From contig NC_081387.1 in assembly GCF_030684315.1 (NCBI RefSeq), positions 6,180,497 to 6,244,496 of the forward strand: 64,000 nucleotides of DNA, in the 5' to 3' direction. Below the pieces are notes generated by a model. The model made no database searches, was not told the origin of the DNA, and saw nothing but the letters and a program-made list of their open reading frames with translations. How positions within the stretch are numbered: the stretch's first letter is position 1; every line of letters begins with the position of its first letter. Below, piece after piece: positions 39,747-50,365 of this stretch. A program made the translations under genes and the position numbers. Source of the stretch: Stegostoma tigrinum. Its lineage: Eukaryota.

Positions 39747-40025
39747 CCCACTGGTAGAGCTTGGCCTCTGTCATGCTGCTGTGTTCAACTTGACAGGAAT
39801 ATTGATCCTCATCCCCAGCACTGATTTCAATCTCTTTCTGGATCTGATGGGTCCCATCGTGGTTCGGTCGAATCCCCGAGGATTGTGTCTCAGACACAAC
39901 CTCTCCATTCCTTAGCCAGGTCACCTCGATGTCTACAGGATAAAATCCAGTGACTCGGCAGGAGAGAGTGAGTGGCTTGTCCTGACGATTGGGCTCACTC
40001 CTGGAGATGAACACTTCAGGCTGAG
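39747..40025 (-). CDS. Gene D alpha3 (Ig C1-set) exon
   Basis: LSCRVTGFYPVDIEVTW...YSCQVEHSS; 279 nt; intact. Confidence 0.95.
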
Positions 40026-40142
40026 CTGTGATGGGAAAGGGTGAGAACACAAAAAATAGCCAGACACCGAGTGGAATAGGATTATGGTTTGTTTGATCAG
40101 TAAAGTTAAAATAGAACTTGGGATCACAACTGAAATATATAC

Positions 40143-40418
40143 CTTTCCTTTCGAAATACTGCTTTCCAGCTTGCAAAATTCTCTTTAAATACTGAACAAA
40201 CCCTTGCTCCAGATGCATTTCCCAATACTTGTTCCAGGAATCATCAGAATTCCATTTCTCTTTCGTCTTCACTGCATTTTGATTGGTTGCAATCCACCTA
40301 AATCTGTCTGGCTCTAAACTCAAGTAATCCTTTCCATCAAATCCAAATCTCATCGATCTCTTCACAGAGTTATCATCAGCGATTTCAACAGTTGCTATCC
40401 ATTGAAACATGTGAATTC
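40143..40418 (-). CDS. Gene D alpha2 exon (no cysteines)
   Basis: GIHMFQWIATVE...FGFDGKDYLSL...KTKEKWN...HLEQGFVQYLKRIL...; 276 nt; intact. Confidence 0.95.
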
Positions 40419-40554
40419 CTGCCAGTGATCAAACCAGAATTAATATTAATAATTTTTGCAAAAAAACTACAACCAGTCTGACCAGAAGTGAAAGGGAAAC
40501 TATTATCTGATAGAACTAGGAGATTATAGTCCAGTCGTGATTGATATCAGGGTT

Positions 40555-40970
40555 CAGGACTGGGAGATGGACTGACTCAATTGACCCAGGGGTCAGTGCT
40601 GGGGAATGGACTGAGTGGAGTGACCCAGGGGTCAGTGCTGGGGAATGGACTGTGTGGAGTGACCCAGGAGTCAGTGCTGGGGGATGAACTGAGTGGAGTG
40701 ACCCAGGGGTCAGTGCTGGGGGATGGACTGAGTGGAGTGACCCAGGGGTCAGTGCTGGGGGATGGACTGAGTGGAGTGACCCAGGGGTCAGTGCTGGGGG
40801 TTGAACTGTGTGGAGTGACCCAGGGGTCAGTGCTGGGGGATGGACTGAGTGGAGTGACCCAGGGGTCAGTGCTGGGGGATGGACTGAGTGGAGTGACCCA
40901 GGGGTCAGTGCTGGGGGTTGAACTGTGTGGAGTGGCCCAGGGGTCAGTGCTGGGGGATGGACTGAGTGGA
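40555..40970 (+). repeat. 39-bp minisatellite (about 10-11 units), same unit as 13735-15418
   Basis: GGGGGATGGACTGAGTGGAGTGACCCAGGGGTCAGTGCT repeats in gene D intron 2. Confidence 0.95.
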
Positions 40971-41064
40971 ATACACATGATTATCAGTTTCAATGCAAGT
41001 CAATATAGTTAATAAGGAACACTGACTTCTTTGCCATGTAAATAAATGGTCATCATGTTCATAC

Positions 41065-42560
41065 CTCTACCCGCCGCCTCTTCCTCCGTTACATTGATGA
41101 CTGTATCCGCGCCGCCTCGTGCTCCCACGAGGAGATCGAACAGTTCATCCACTTCACTAAAACCTTCCAACCCAACCTGAAGTTCACCTAGACCATCTCC
41201 GAGACCTCTCTCTCCTTCCTGGACCTCTGTCTCTCCATCTCTGGCATCCATTTCAAACCGACCGACTCCCAAACTACCTCGAATACACTTCCTCCCACAC
41301 ACCTTACTGCAAAAAGGCTATCCTCTGTTCCAAATTCCTTCGCCTCCATCACATCTGCTCCTGAGATGAGGCATTACACTCCCGTACATCCCAGATGTCC
41401 TCTTTTTTCTAGGACTGCAATGTCCCCTCCAATGTGGTTGAAAATGCCCTCGACCATGTCTCCAGCATTTCCCACAACCCATCCCTCACACCTCCTCCCC
41501 ACAAAACAACAAAATCAGAATCACCCTCATCTTCACGGACCACCCCACCAACCTCCGAATACAACGCATCATCCTCAGACACTTTCGCCATCTGCAATCT
41601 GATCCCACCATCAAAGACATTTTTTCCTCCCCAGCATTGCCTTCTTTCCAGAGGGACCACTCTGTCCATGACTCCCTTGTCTGCTCCACACTCCCCTCCA
41701 GCCCCACCATCCCTGGCAACTTTCCCTGCAATCGAAGGAAGTGCTAAACCTGTCCTACACCTTCCACCTCACTCCAATCCCAGGCCCTAAGAAGATATTC
41801 CACATCAAACAGATGTTCACCTGCACATCCTCTAATGTGGTATACTGTATCTGCTGTTTTCATTGTGGCCTCGTCTACATCGGGGAACCCAAGCGGAGGC
41901 TTGGCGACACTTGTAGACACCTATGCTTTGTTCGCAACTAACAACTACACCTCCCAGTCACGAACCACTCCAGCTCCGCCTCCCCCTCCTTGGATGACAT
42001 GTCCATCCTGGGCCTCCTGCAGTGCCACAATGTTGCCACCCAAAAGCTGCAGGAACAGTGTCTCATATTCCGCTTGGGAACCCTGCAGCCCAATGCTACA
42101 AAATCTCCCCTCCCCATACCGCATACCAAAACCAACCCAGCTGGTCTCCGCCTCCGTAAACTGTCCTTTCTCCCATCTATCCCCTCCACCCACCTCAAGT
42201 CTCACCCCCATCTCCGACCTACTAACCTCATCCTGCCCCCTTGACCAGTCCATCCTCCCTGGACTGACAAATCCATCCCTAACTCCCCACCTACACTCAC
42301 CTTTACTGGCTCCATCCCCGCCTCTTTGACCTCTCTGTCTCCTCTCCAACTATCTTCTCCTCTATTCACCTTCTATCCGCCTCCCCCTCTCTCCCTATTT
42401 ATTTCAGAACCCCCGCCCCCTCACACATTTCTGAAGAAGTGTCTACGCCCAAAATGTCAGCTTTCCTGCTCCTGTGATGCTGCTTGGCCTGCTGTGTTCA
42501 TCCAGCTCTACACCTTGTTATCTCAGATTCTCCAGCATCTGCAATTCCTACTATGTCTGA
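41065..42560 (+). mobile_element. Penelope-like element family A, 5'-truncated, decayed
   Basis: Begins at RT motif LFLRYIDD; GIY-YIG 'NVVYCICCFHCGLVYIGEPKRRLGD'; same terminus as 23558-24832. Confidence 0.9.
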
Positions 42561-43050
42561 AAGTAAATTTCCTCATGTCTTTCATTCATATTGTGCTACA
42601 TGCGACACACTCAACTGTCACCGGATAAAGCGTAACGCAGGGTAAGTACCTGCCTGTCATTCATTGACAAGGAAAAGAATTAAATAAGACATGCATTTAA
42701 AAAGCAAGTTTATTGATCTCAGGACAGGCTGAAGTGCAATGCAGTTTATTAATTTTAGCAACAGTTTAAAGGAGGAAATAAGGGAGAATTTTTGCCCCAG
42801 ATAGGCTTTGAAAAAGTGCAAATAATTAATGATCAAATAATCTGGTTTGATGATGCGAATTGAAGTTTCATGTTGACCAGGGCATTGGGGATAACTTCCC
42901 TGCTCTTCTCCAGGTTTTTCTACACACAGCTGATAGAGACACAGTTCAGCATTTTACCTGACAGACAGCAACTTCAACAGCTGTGAAGACTGACTGTCAT
43001 GTTCACCTCAGTTGTCGTGTATACGCCCTGGGTTGGGCTTTGTACCTACT

Positions 43051-43375
43051 AAGGGCGGCACGGTGGCTTAGTGGTTAGCACTGCAGCCTCACAGTGCCAG
43101 GGACCCAGGTTCAATTCCAGCCTCGGGTGACTGTCTGTGTGGAGTTTGCACATTCTCCCTGTATCTGCATGGGTTTCCTCCAGGTGCTCCGGTTTCCTCC
43201 CACAGTCCAAAGATGTGCAGGTTAGGGTGGATCGGCCATGCTAAATTGCCCATAGTGTTCAGGGGTGTGTGGGTTATAGGGGGATGGGTTTGGATAGGAT
43301 GCTTCAAGGGGCGGTGCGGACTTGTTGAGCCGAAGGGCCTGTTTCCACACTGTAGGAAATCTAATCTAATCTAAT
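43051..43375 (+). mobile_element. tRNA-derived V-SINE (HE1-like), full length
   Basis: A box TGGCTTAGTGG, B box GGTTCAATTCC, V-domain TGTGTGGAGTTTGCACATTCTCCC...TCCAAAGA, CR1-like tail AAGGGCCTGTTTCC and (AATCT)n. Confidence 0.9.
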
Positions 43376-43459
43376 ATGCTGTCTGATGCAGAATCCCAAG
43401 GGTACTACCTACCCAACAGTCAACATTATCCTGCAGAAATCCCATTCCACTGATCTTAC

Positions 43460-43720
43460 CAGATGTCTGGTTTGTATTTTTCATTATTGCATTCAGATTC
43501 TCCTTCGTCATGTCTGATCTTGTATTTGCGACACCCGTGTACTAGTCCCAATGATTCCTATCAAAATAATCCTCCATGAACTGCTGCCTGGGGATCATCT
43601 GATGGATAATAGTGTCGTGATAATTGAGTTGAATTCCATTGACCATTGCAATATTAGTCACCTCAGGAAAGTCCTTAATGCCAGAGACTGCCGTGTAGAT
43701 CACAGTCAGTGAGTCAGAGC
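43460..43720 (-). pseudogene. Gene D alpha1 exon with in-frame TAG
   Basis: GSDSLTVIYTAVSGIKDFPEV...RNHWD*YTGVANTRSDMTKENLNAIMKNTNQTS; 261 nt; NQT glycosylation site retained. Confidence 0.9.
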
Positions 43721-43929
43721 CTGCTAATATCAATGAAAAGAAGGAGTTAACAAACATTTACACAGATACCATCTGATCAAAGTGAGTTCCCATCCTGTCT
43801 GTGGCAATCTCCAATAGTGCACCACGTAATCAGACTGTCAGAATCCAGTTTGAATCAAATTCATTGTCTGTGTCTGAATTAGATGTTGCAGCATCTGTTC
43901 TCCACCTTGTATGTGACAGATAGCATCTT

Positions 43930-45830
43930 TACAGGTTTAAGCCAAGTCACAGCAGAGCGTTGTATCTGAATTATTGTCACTCTTGCCCAAATTTCCTGAG
44001 ACCACATTCATCTCGAATATGTACAACAACTTGATCTGGGTGACCACAATCTCATGGGCTGTGCTCAGATCTCCATTTCTGGAGGAATGTGATGCCCCTG
44101 AATGGCGAGGAACATTCACAGAGCTGCAGAAAGGCCTGTGAGATTGGGGTTGCGTCTTCAGTTGGCTTTGAGGATGCCTGAGAGAGGGGTAACAGAGAAG
44201 TCACTCTCACCAATGCCATCGATAAGGACTGCCAGGTGTTGGTGAAAAGCTGGAATTCACTGCCACTCACCGCAGGAGGTGACTCCACAAATAGCCCCCT
44301 CCTCATTGATGGAGCAGCCCAGCACATCAGTGCAGAAGGATGAGGCTGAAGCATTTTCAATAATCCCCAGCCAAAAGCACTGGGCAGGTGATACATTTTT
44401 GACTTCCCCCAGAGATAACCAACGTCTCAGATGTCAGTCTTCAGCTGAATTGAATGGGTCCATTTAATATCAAGAAACAGCTGGAGATCCTGGTCACTGC
44501 AAAGGCAATGGGGCCTGACAACATTCCTGCAAAACTGCTGAAGACTTGTGCTCCAGAAATTTCCTCACCCCAAACAAATTTGCAGCAGTACAGCTGCAAC
44601 ACTGGCATCTACCCAACAATGGGAAAACTGCCTGGATATGACCTGCACACAAAAAAAGGGACAAATCCAACTTGGCCAATTAACCGCCCCATCAGTCGAA
44701 CTCTCAATCATCGATCAAGTAACAGTGGGGGTTATCGATAGTGCTATTAAGCAGCAACTGCTCAGCAATAACCTGCTCACTGACATCCTGTAATGGGTTA
44801 CACCAGAACCACTGACTTCAGTCCAGACTTAGTTCAAACATGGATAAACAGCTGTATCCCAGACCTGAGGTGAAAGGGACACCCTGGACATCGAGGCTTC
44901 CTTTAACTAAGTGTGCCATTAAGGAGTCAAGCAAAAGTGGAATGAATGGCAATCGGGGGAAAGCTTTCTGCGAGTTGGAGTCAGACCTGGCATATAGAAA
45001 GATGGTTGTATCTAGTGCAGGCCAAGCATCTCAGCTCCAGAATATCACAACAGGGGTTCAACAGGGTACCTTCCCAAGCTCAACTAAATACAAGTGCTTC
45101 ATCAATGATTTTTCCCTCCATTATAAGGTCAGAAATGGGGATGTTTGCTGATCATTGCAAATGTTCAGCATTGTTTGCTATTCCTCAGAGACTGAAACAG
45201 TCCATTTCCAAATGCAGCAAGACCTGGACACGAGTCAGGCTTGCAATGCTCAGTGGGAAGTGATATTGACACCACACACATGTGTCATCTACTGACCAAC
45301 TGAAATAGTTTCATTCTCACCTACCTCCCTTTGATATTCAATGGTGTTATCATTGCTGAAACCCTCAGGATCAACTTCCTGGGGGGACAGTCATCCTCAA
45401 CCTGAAGTGGATGAACCACATGTACGATGTGGCTGGAAGAGCAGGCCAGATGTTGGGAATTCTGCAGTAACTCACCACAAACAACCTGCTTAATTCTTCC
45501 CACATCCCATGTCTACAGCATTCTCTCTTGACACGGTACAAACTGCTGAAACAGTGTGTTGGTCATCTACAAAATGCACTGCAGCAACTCAACAGGACCC
45601 CACTGACAGCACCTTCCCATCCTGTGATAACTACCATCCAGGAGACCAACAGCAACAGATGCATGGGAACACACACCCTGAACTAGCCCTTCCAGGCCAG
45701 TTATTACGAAATATAATTGCTATTCGTTCATAATACTGGAAGCCCCTGACATATGGCACTGTGGGTGTACCTAAACACGAAAGGACTTTATTTGTTCAGG
45801 AAGGCAGCTCATCACCACCTTCTCAAGGGC
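43930..45830 (+). mobile_element. Old CR1/L2-group LINE RT fragment
   Basis: KAMGPDNIPAKLLKTCAPE...GVQQG...MFAD. Confidence 0.8.
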
Positions 45831-47087
45831 AACTGTTCCCTTTCCAAGTGTCAATAATAAGAGGGTAAAATTTTAATGCGAGAGGCAGGAGGTTCACAGG
45901 GGATTTGAAGAAAGGCCTTTTACACCCAGAGGGGGCTGGAATATACTGCCTGCGAGGGGCAGCTGAAGTGGGAAGCTTCACAACCTTTAAAAAAATCGAA
46001 GAATGAGTCCTTACGGAGCACATTCACCGTTATGGGCTCAACACTCGGGAGTGGGACTAATGTAGATTTAGTGTATTTTTGGCAGGACAGGCTTGATGGA
46101 TTAAAGCGCCTCTTGTGTACTGTGTGATTCTATGATTCTACCTCAGGATGAGCAATAAAAGCAAGCCCAGCCAGAAACACTCAGTACAATTTGGCCTTTC
46201 GCTTATATTTAATTGCAACTTTCATAAATATGGTCCGTCACAAGTCTGGGGTCAATCAATAATCTGGAACAGTACCCTGGGAAACACCCAGTCTATCACT
46301 AATCTCACAACAGAGAACATCTGGAGAGAGATACTGGGGAACCCCTCCTGACCAGGGAACATCTGGAGAGATTTTTGATTTTCTTCAGTAATGTCTCATG
46401 TATAGAGTTGCAGTGAAGAATTTTATTTAACTAAAGTCTGATCTGCGATTTATCAGCACAACTGGGAAAGATGTGCAGTGAGTGAATCCAGATTAAAATG
46501 AGGAGACAGGAATATTTGGGAGGATGAAGTGAGAGACCAGGAGGGACAGTCATTGTGTGAACAGTCTCTCTGTCAAACAGGGGGATGGACAATCCAGAGC
46601 AGGACCCTCGCTGTCCTTCGCTGAGCTTTTTAATCACACATGACCAGTAGGATGCTGCTGTCTGAGATAATCGGACCTATTCAGCCAGGAAGGCATCACA
46701 GCTGAGCCTGGGGTGGATTAACCATGGAGTATCCTTCTCCTCCCCACCGTCTTTACAAAATTTTGACCAGAAGTGGTGAAGATGTTTAGCTCTTCCCAAT
46801 TGTTGTGAAAATTAAAATTGTCCTTTAGGATTATTTCCCATTTGCTCTGAGCTTCCTTGATCTCACGGTTTCTACATCCTGCTGTCGGGACACCTGGATA
46901 CAAATCCCATCAGAGTCTCCCAGACTGTGCTGCTTTCAATGTGTAAAATACCAGGCTGGCTGTATTACAGGCGGCTGGTGAACTGTCCCCCATTTCAAAC
47001 TCTCACCAAGAGATTCACATTCACCCCAGAGACAGGCAGAGAGGGAGAAGGGAGAAGGGAGAAGGGAATGCTAAATTCTGTACTTAC

Positions 47088-47139
47088 CGGGAGAGACCGA
47101 GGAAAAACACAGGGAGATGGAGAAAAGGGTCATCAACAT
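47088..47139 (-). CDS. Gene D signal-peptide exon
   Basis: ATG...MLMTLFSISLCFSSVSP G|GTAAGT; joins in phase to GSDSL of alpha1. Confidence 0.9.
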
Positions 47140-47399
47140 TCTGGCACAGTCCACTGTCTGTATTCCAATCAAGCCCTGGGAATTAAATATTCCTGGGAAG
47201 GGAGAAATAATCATAGTTTAGGGGCTGGGGAAAATAAAACAAAACAGAATTGCAAGATGTCGTTTTGACCGTTGGACTGAAGTTTGATCCTTTCCTAATG
47301 ACTCGGAGTGGAAGTGACTGGTTGGTTTGTCTCAGCAAGAAAACTCCGCAGTTAAAAACGAGGAATGGCTGACCATCACCAGTCCCCGTGAGATTGAAC

Positions 47400-47491
47400 A
47401 CAGCAGGCCAAGCAGCAGCCTGCTGTGTTCATCCAGCCTCACATTTTATTATCTTGGAATCTCCAGCATCTGCAGTTCCCATTATCTCTAA
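47400..47491. mobile_element. Mini Penelope-terminus insertion, 16-bp TSD
   Basis: CCCCGTGAGATTGAAC at 47384-47399 and 47492-47507. Confidence 0.85.
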
Positions 47492-47954
47492 CCCCGTGAG
47501 ATTGAACCGCCTGAAGGTTCTGGTTGAGTCTGAGATACAAAAACTGATGGGAATGTTTCCCTCGGGGGCAGCGAACACACACCGACTGGGATATTTTTTA
47601 CCAGGTGGTGGTGGGGGTGAAGCTGGCAGCATCAGGCCCCTGAGGCCCGGGATCTGCCCGGTTTTCTTTTCACCTTTTCTCGGTCTTTTCTATTTTCCTG
47701 ATTTTCCTGTGGAGAGCTCGGGGAGCTTCCTGCTCTCTGTGGTTTCGGTTTATTTTCTGTGTTTCCGGGTGGCAACACTGCACATCACTTCTCACTGAGT
47801 TTGTAACAAAAGCCACATGACAAACAAATACTGTCTAATTGGCTAAAATTCACATTCTCTTCAGTTTGCGGCGCGTTATGTTTGTCAAAGATCGGAAGAA
47901 CAGCCGATGCCGGAGCCGGAGATAACACAGTGTGGAGCCGGAGGAAAGCAGCAG

Positions 47955-49003
47955 TTCAGGAAGGAAATGGAGGTACGGCTTGAGGTGAGAGGAAGAACAC
48001 GTTAGGGAGGAAGGGGCGAGCTGGGCTGGTTTTGGGATGCAGTGGGGGAAGGGGAGATTTTGAAGCTTGTGAAATCCACATTGATACCATTGGGCTGCAG
48101 GGTTCCCAAGCGGAATATGAGTTGCTGTTTTTGCAACCTTCGGGTGGCATCATTGTGGCACTGCAGGAGGCAAGGATGGACATGTCATCTAAAGAATGGG
48201 AGGGGGAGTTAAAATGGTTCGCGACTGGAAGGTGCAGTTGTTAATAGAGAACCGAGCGGAGGTGTTCTGCAAAGCACATCTGCCAAAGTGGTGTACTGCA
48301 TCTGCTGCACCCCTTGTCGCCTCCTCTACATCGGGGAAACCAAGCGAAGGCTTGGGGACCGCTTTGCAGAACAATAAACAACTGCACCTCCCAGTCGCAA
48401 ACCATTTCCACTCCCCCTCCCATTCTTTAGATGACATGTCCATCATGGGCCTCCTGCAGTGCCACAATGATGCCACCCGAAGGTTGCAGGAACAGCAACT
48501 CATATTCCGCCTGGGAACCCTGCAGTTCAATGGTATCAATGTGGCCTTCACAAGCTTCAAAATCTCCCCCTCCCCTACTGCATCCCAAAACAAGACCAGC
48601 TCGTCGCCTCCTCCCTAACCTGTTCTTCTTCTCACCTATCCTCCGCGCTCACATTTTCCACTTATTAACGTAATACTGCCCCCTTGACCTGTCTGTCCTC
48701 CCCAGACTGACCTATCCCCTCCCTACCTCTCCAGCTACACTCACTTCTTCTGCCTCCATTCCCACCTCTTTAACTTGTCTGTCTCCTTTCCACCTGTCTT
48801 CTCCTCTATCCATCTTCGGTCCGCCTCCCCCTCTCTCCCTATTTATTCCAGAACCCTCAACCCATCCCCCTCTCTGATGAAGGGTCTAGGCCCGAAACGT
48901 CAGCTTTTGTGCTCCTGAGATACTGCTGGGCCTGCTGTGTTCATCCAGCTCCACACTTTGTTATCTCGGATTCTCCAGCATCTGTAGTTCCCATTATCTC
49001 TGA
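47955..49003. mobile_element. Penelope-like family A with inverted structure (- 47955-48270, + 48275-49003)
   Basis: The same GIY-YIG C-terminal sequence occurs in both orientations; complete terminus at the right end. Confidence 0.9.
48874..48901 (+). ncRNA. Minimal hammerhead ribozyme core in PLE terminus
   Basis: CTGATGA-A-GGGTCTAGGCCC-GAAA-CG-TC: both conserved boxes, self-complementary stem II, palindromic ACGT stem III, UH site. Confidence 0.75.
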
Positions 49004-49519
49004 TATCCAAGGCTTAGATAGACCGTTCTGATTGACAAGTGACTCAGGGATTATTGGGTGCCAGGGGATGAATTTAATGCCTCAATAAGACCAACTGTAA
49101 TCTTATTGAATGATGAAGGAGGTTCGAGGGGCCGAATGATCCACCCATGTTGTTATTTCTTTTGTTCTTATTTGTAGGAAATTTGAAAAAAGAGTACGCC
49201 TTAAATTTAATTCCTCCCAAGAGATTTTTAAAGTGCAGCAGAACAAAAGTTTGATTCCTGGGTTAATCTATCTCCCTTTACCTCGCACAGGGACATTTTC
49301 AGTGAGACGAACAGTGACGACGAATGTCCAAATCCTCAAAGCTATGTATAAATTCATTTTCATCTTCTAAGTGCATACTAATATAGTCAATCTGGCTTTT
49401 AATTGTATTTAGTCTGATGTTTATATCGCCAGTGGGATTTTTATTATTCCCCAGTTTCTATCGTGCCAGGAATAGGTACCTAATATGCCAACTCGTGTAG
49501 ATGTACCTTGTGTCAATTA

Positions 49520-49565
49520 TGACGTGGTGAGATTACCTTTCTCGGCCTTTCTTGGATATATAGGA
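49520..49565 (+). promoter_or_regulatory. Candidate core promoter of GPCR gene (TGACGT and TATATA)
   Basis: Motifs about 70-110 nt upstream of ATG 49631, within a CpG-undepleted stretch. Confidence 0.4.
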
Positions 49566-49630
49566 GCTTGATCGACCACATATCAGCTCTGCGCAGTTTC
49601 CTGCAACAAGCTTCGTTGTTGTTGTAGAAA

Positions 49631-49700
49631 ATGGAACCTTCAATAATTACACAGGTCGAAAAAATTTACTACCCTATGCTTGCACTGTTTGGTGTTCCTT
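49631..49700 (+). CDS. GPR139/GPR142-like GPCR, coding exon 1
   Basis: MEPSIITQVEKIYYPMLALFGVP T|GTAAGT; typical start of TM1; phase compatible with the acceptor at 59648. Confidence 0.8.
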
Positions 49701-50365
49701 GTAAGTACTCCTCATCAGCGACTGTCTTTGCCTGCCTTTAATTGTGCTACTGGCTTCTATCCGTGTAATGTTGGCATCATATAAAAGTATTATTCGGTAT
49801 AAATGGCATTTGATACACTGTTAACGCGTTAATCAAGTACTACATCTCAATAACGTAGATTCAGTGCAATTTTCTGTGAGCTACCAGAATTTACGTTCTC
49901 CCGATATATCGGCTTACAGTTTTTTGCAGGGTACTATTCCGCTGCGAGGTTGGACTGAGAAGAGTAAGTCTGCAGCCCGCCCATGACAGTCGACTATAAC
50001 TCGGAGTCTTTTGACATTTGTTTTTAGAGCCTTTATTAGCGAGGTAGTGGCAGCGAGGGATAGCACAGCTCATTCACACATGACTGTTGTGAAACATTGA
50101 AGTTTGAATTAGAGAGGGATGCCACTGTCGGAGCTGCTTAATTACCAACAGCAGGAGTTTTTCAGGCTGAGTGTTGTGTGTGTCAACAAAGCATTTGACT
50201 TCTCAAATGGATCTGTGGAACGAGGCCTGGTTGAAGTTCGGTTTAAAAGAGATACTTGGGTCTTGTTTCCCTCGTAAAGGTCAGCTTATAGCGGGGTCGT
50301 CGCAACAGCGCAGATGAGTCGTCGAAGCCTCCGATTGCGAAGAAAAACCAAAGAGAACAAACGTA

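Larger units (their letters stand above)
32277..47139 (-). pseudogene. Nonclassical MHC class I heavy-chain gene D, complete exon set with one in-frame TAG in alpha1
   Basis: Leader 47088-47139, alpha1 43460-43720, alpha2 40143-40418, alpha3 39747-40025, TM 32986-33096, last exon 32277-32308; canonical phase-1 junctions; TAG at 43542-43544. Confidence 0.9.

Noticed and set aside
39652-40410. 252-aa ORF as a single-exon protein
   Set aside because: It is alpha2 + intron + alpha3 + intron read-through; canonical splice sites define the real exons
43051-43125. tRNA-like sequence with A and B boxes
   Set aside because: It is the head of a V-SINE that continues into the V-domain and a LINE-derived tail
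46695-47030. Intron-1 block shared with 16215-16560, giving ORFs with 'REAQSKWE' and 'VCKH' that faintly recall an MHC alpha2 or class II beta1 exon
   Set aside because: No AG acceptor, frames disagree between copies, and Cys spacing (about 87 codons) does not fit; ordinary paralogous intron homology explains it
47150-47380. Possible class I S-X-Y/ISRE promoter module
   Set aside because: Only weak partial matches (GTCTCAGCAAG, GGAAGTGA); spacing and paralog conservation not supportable by eye
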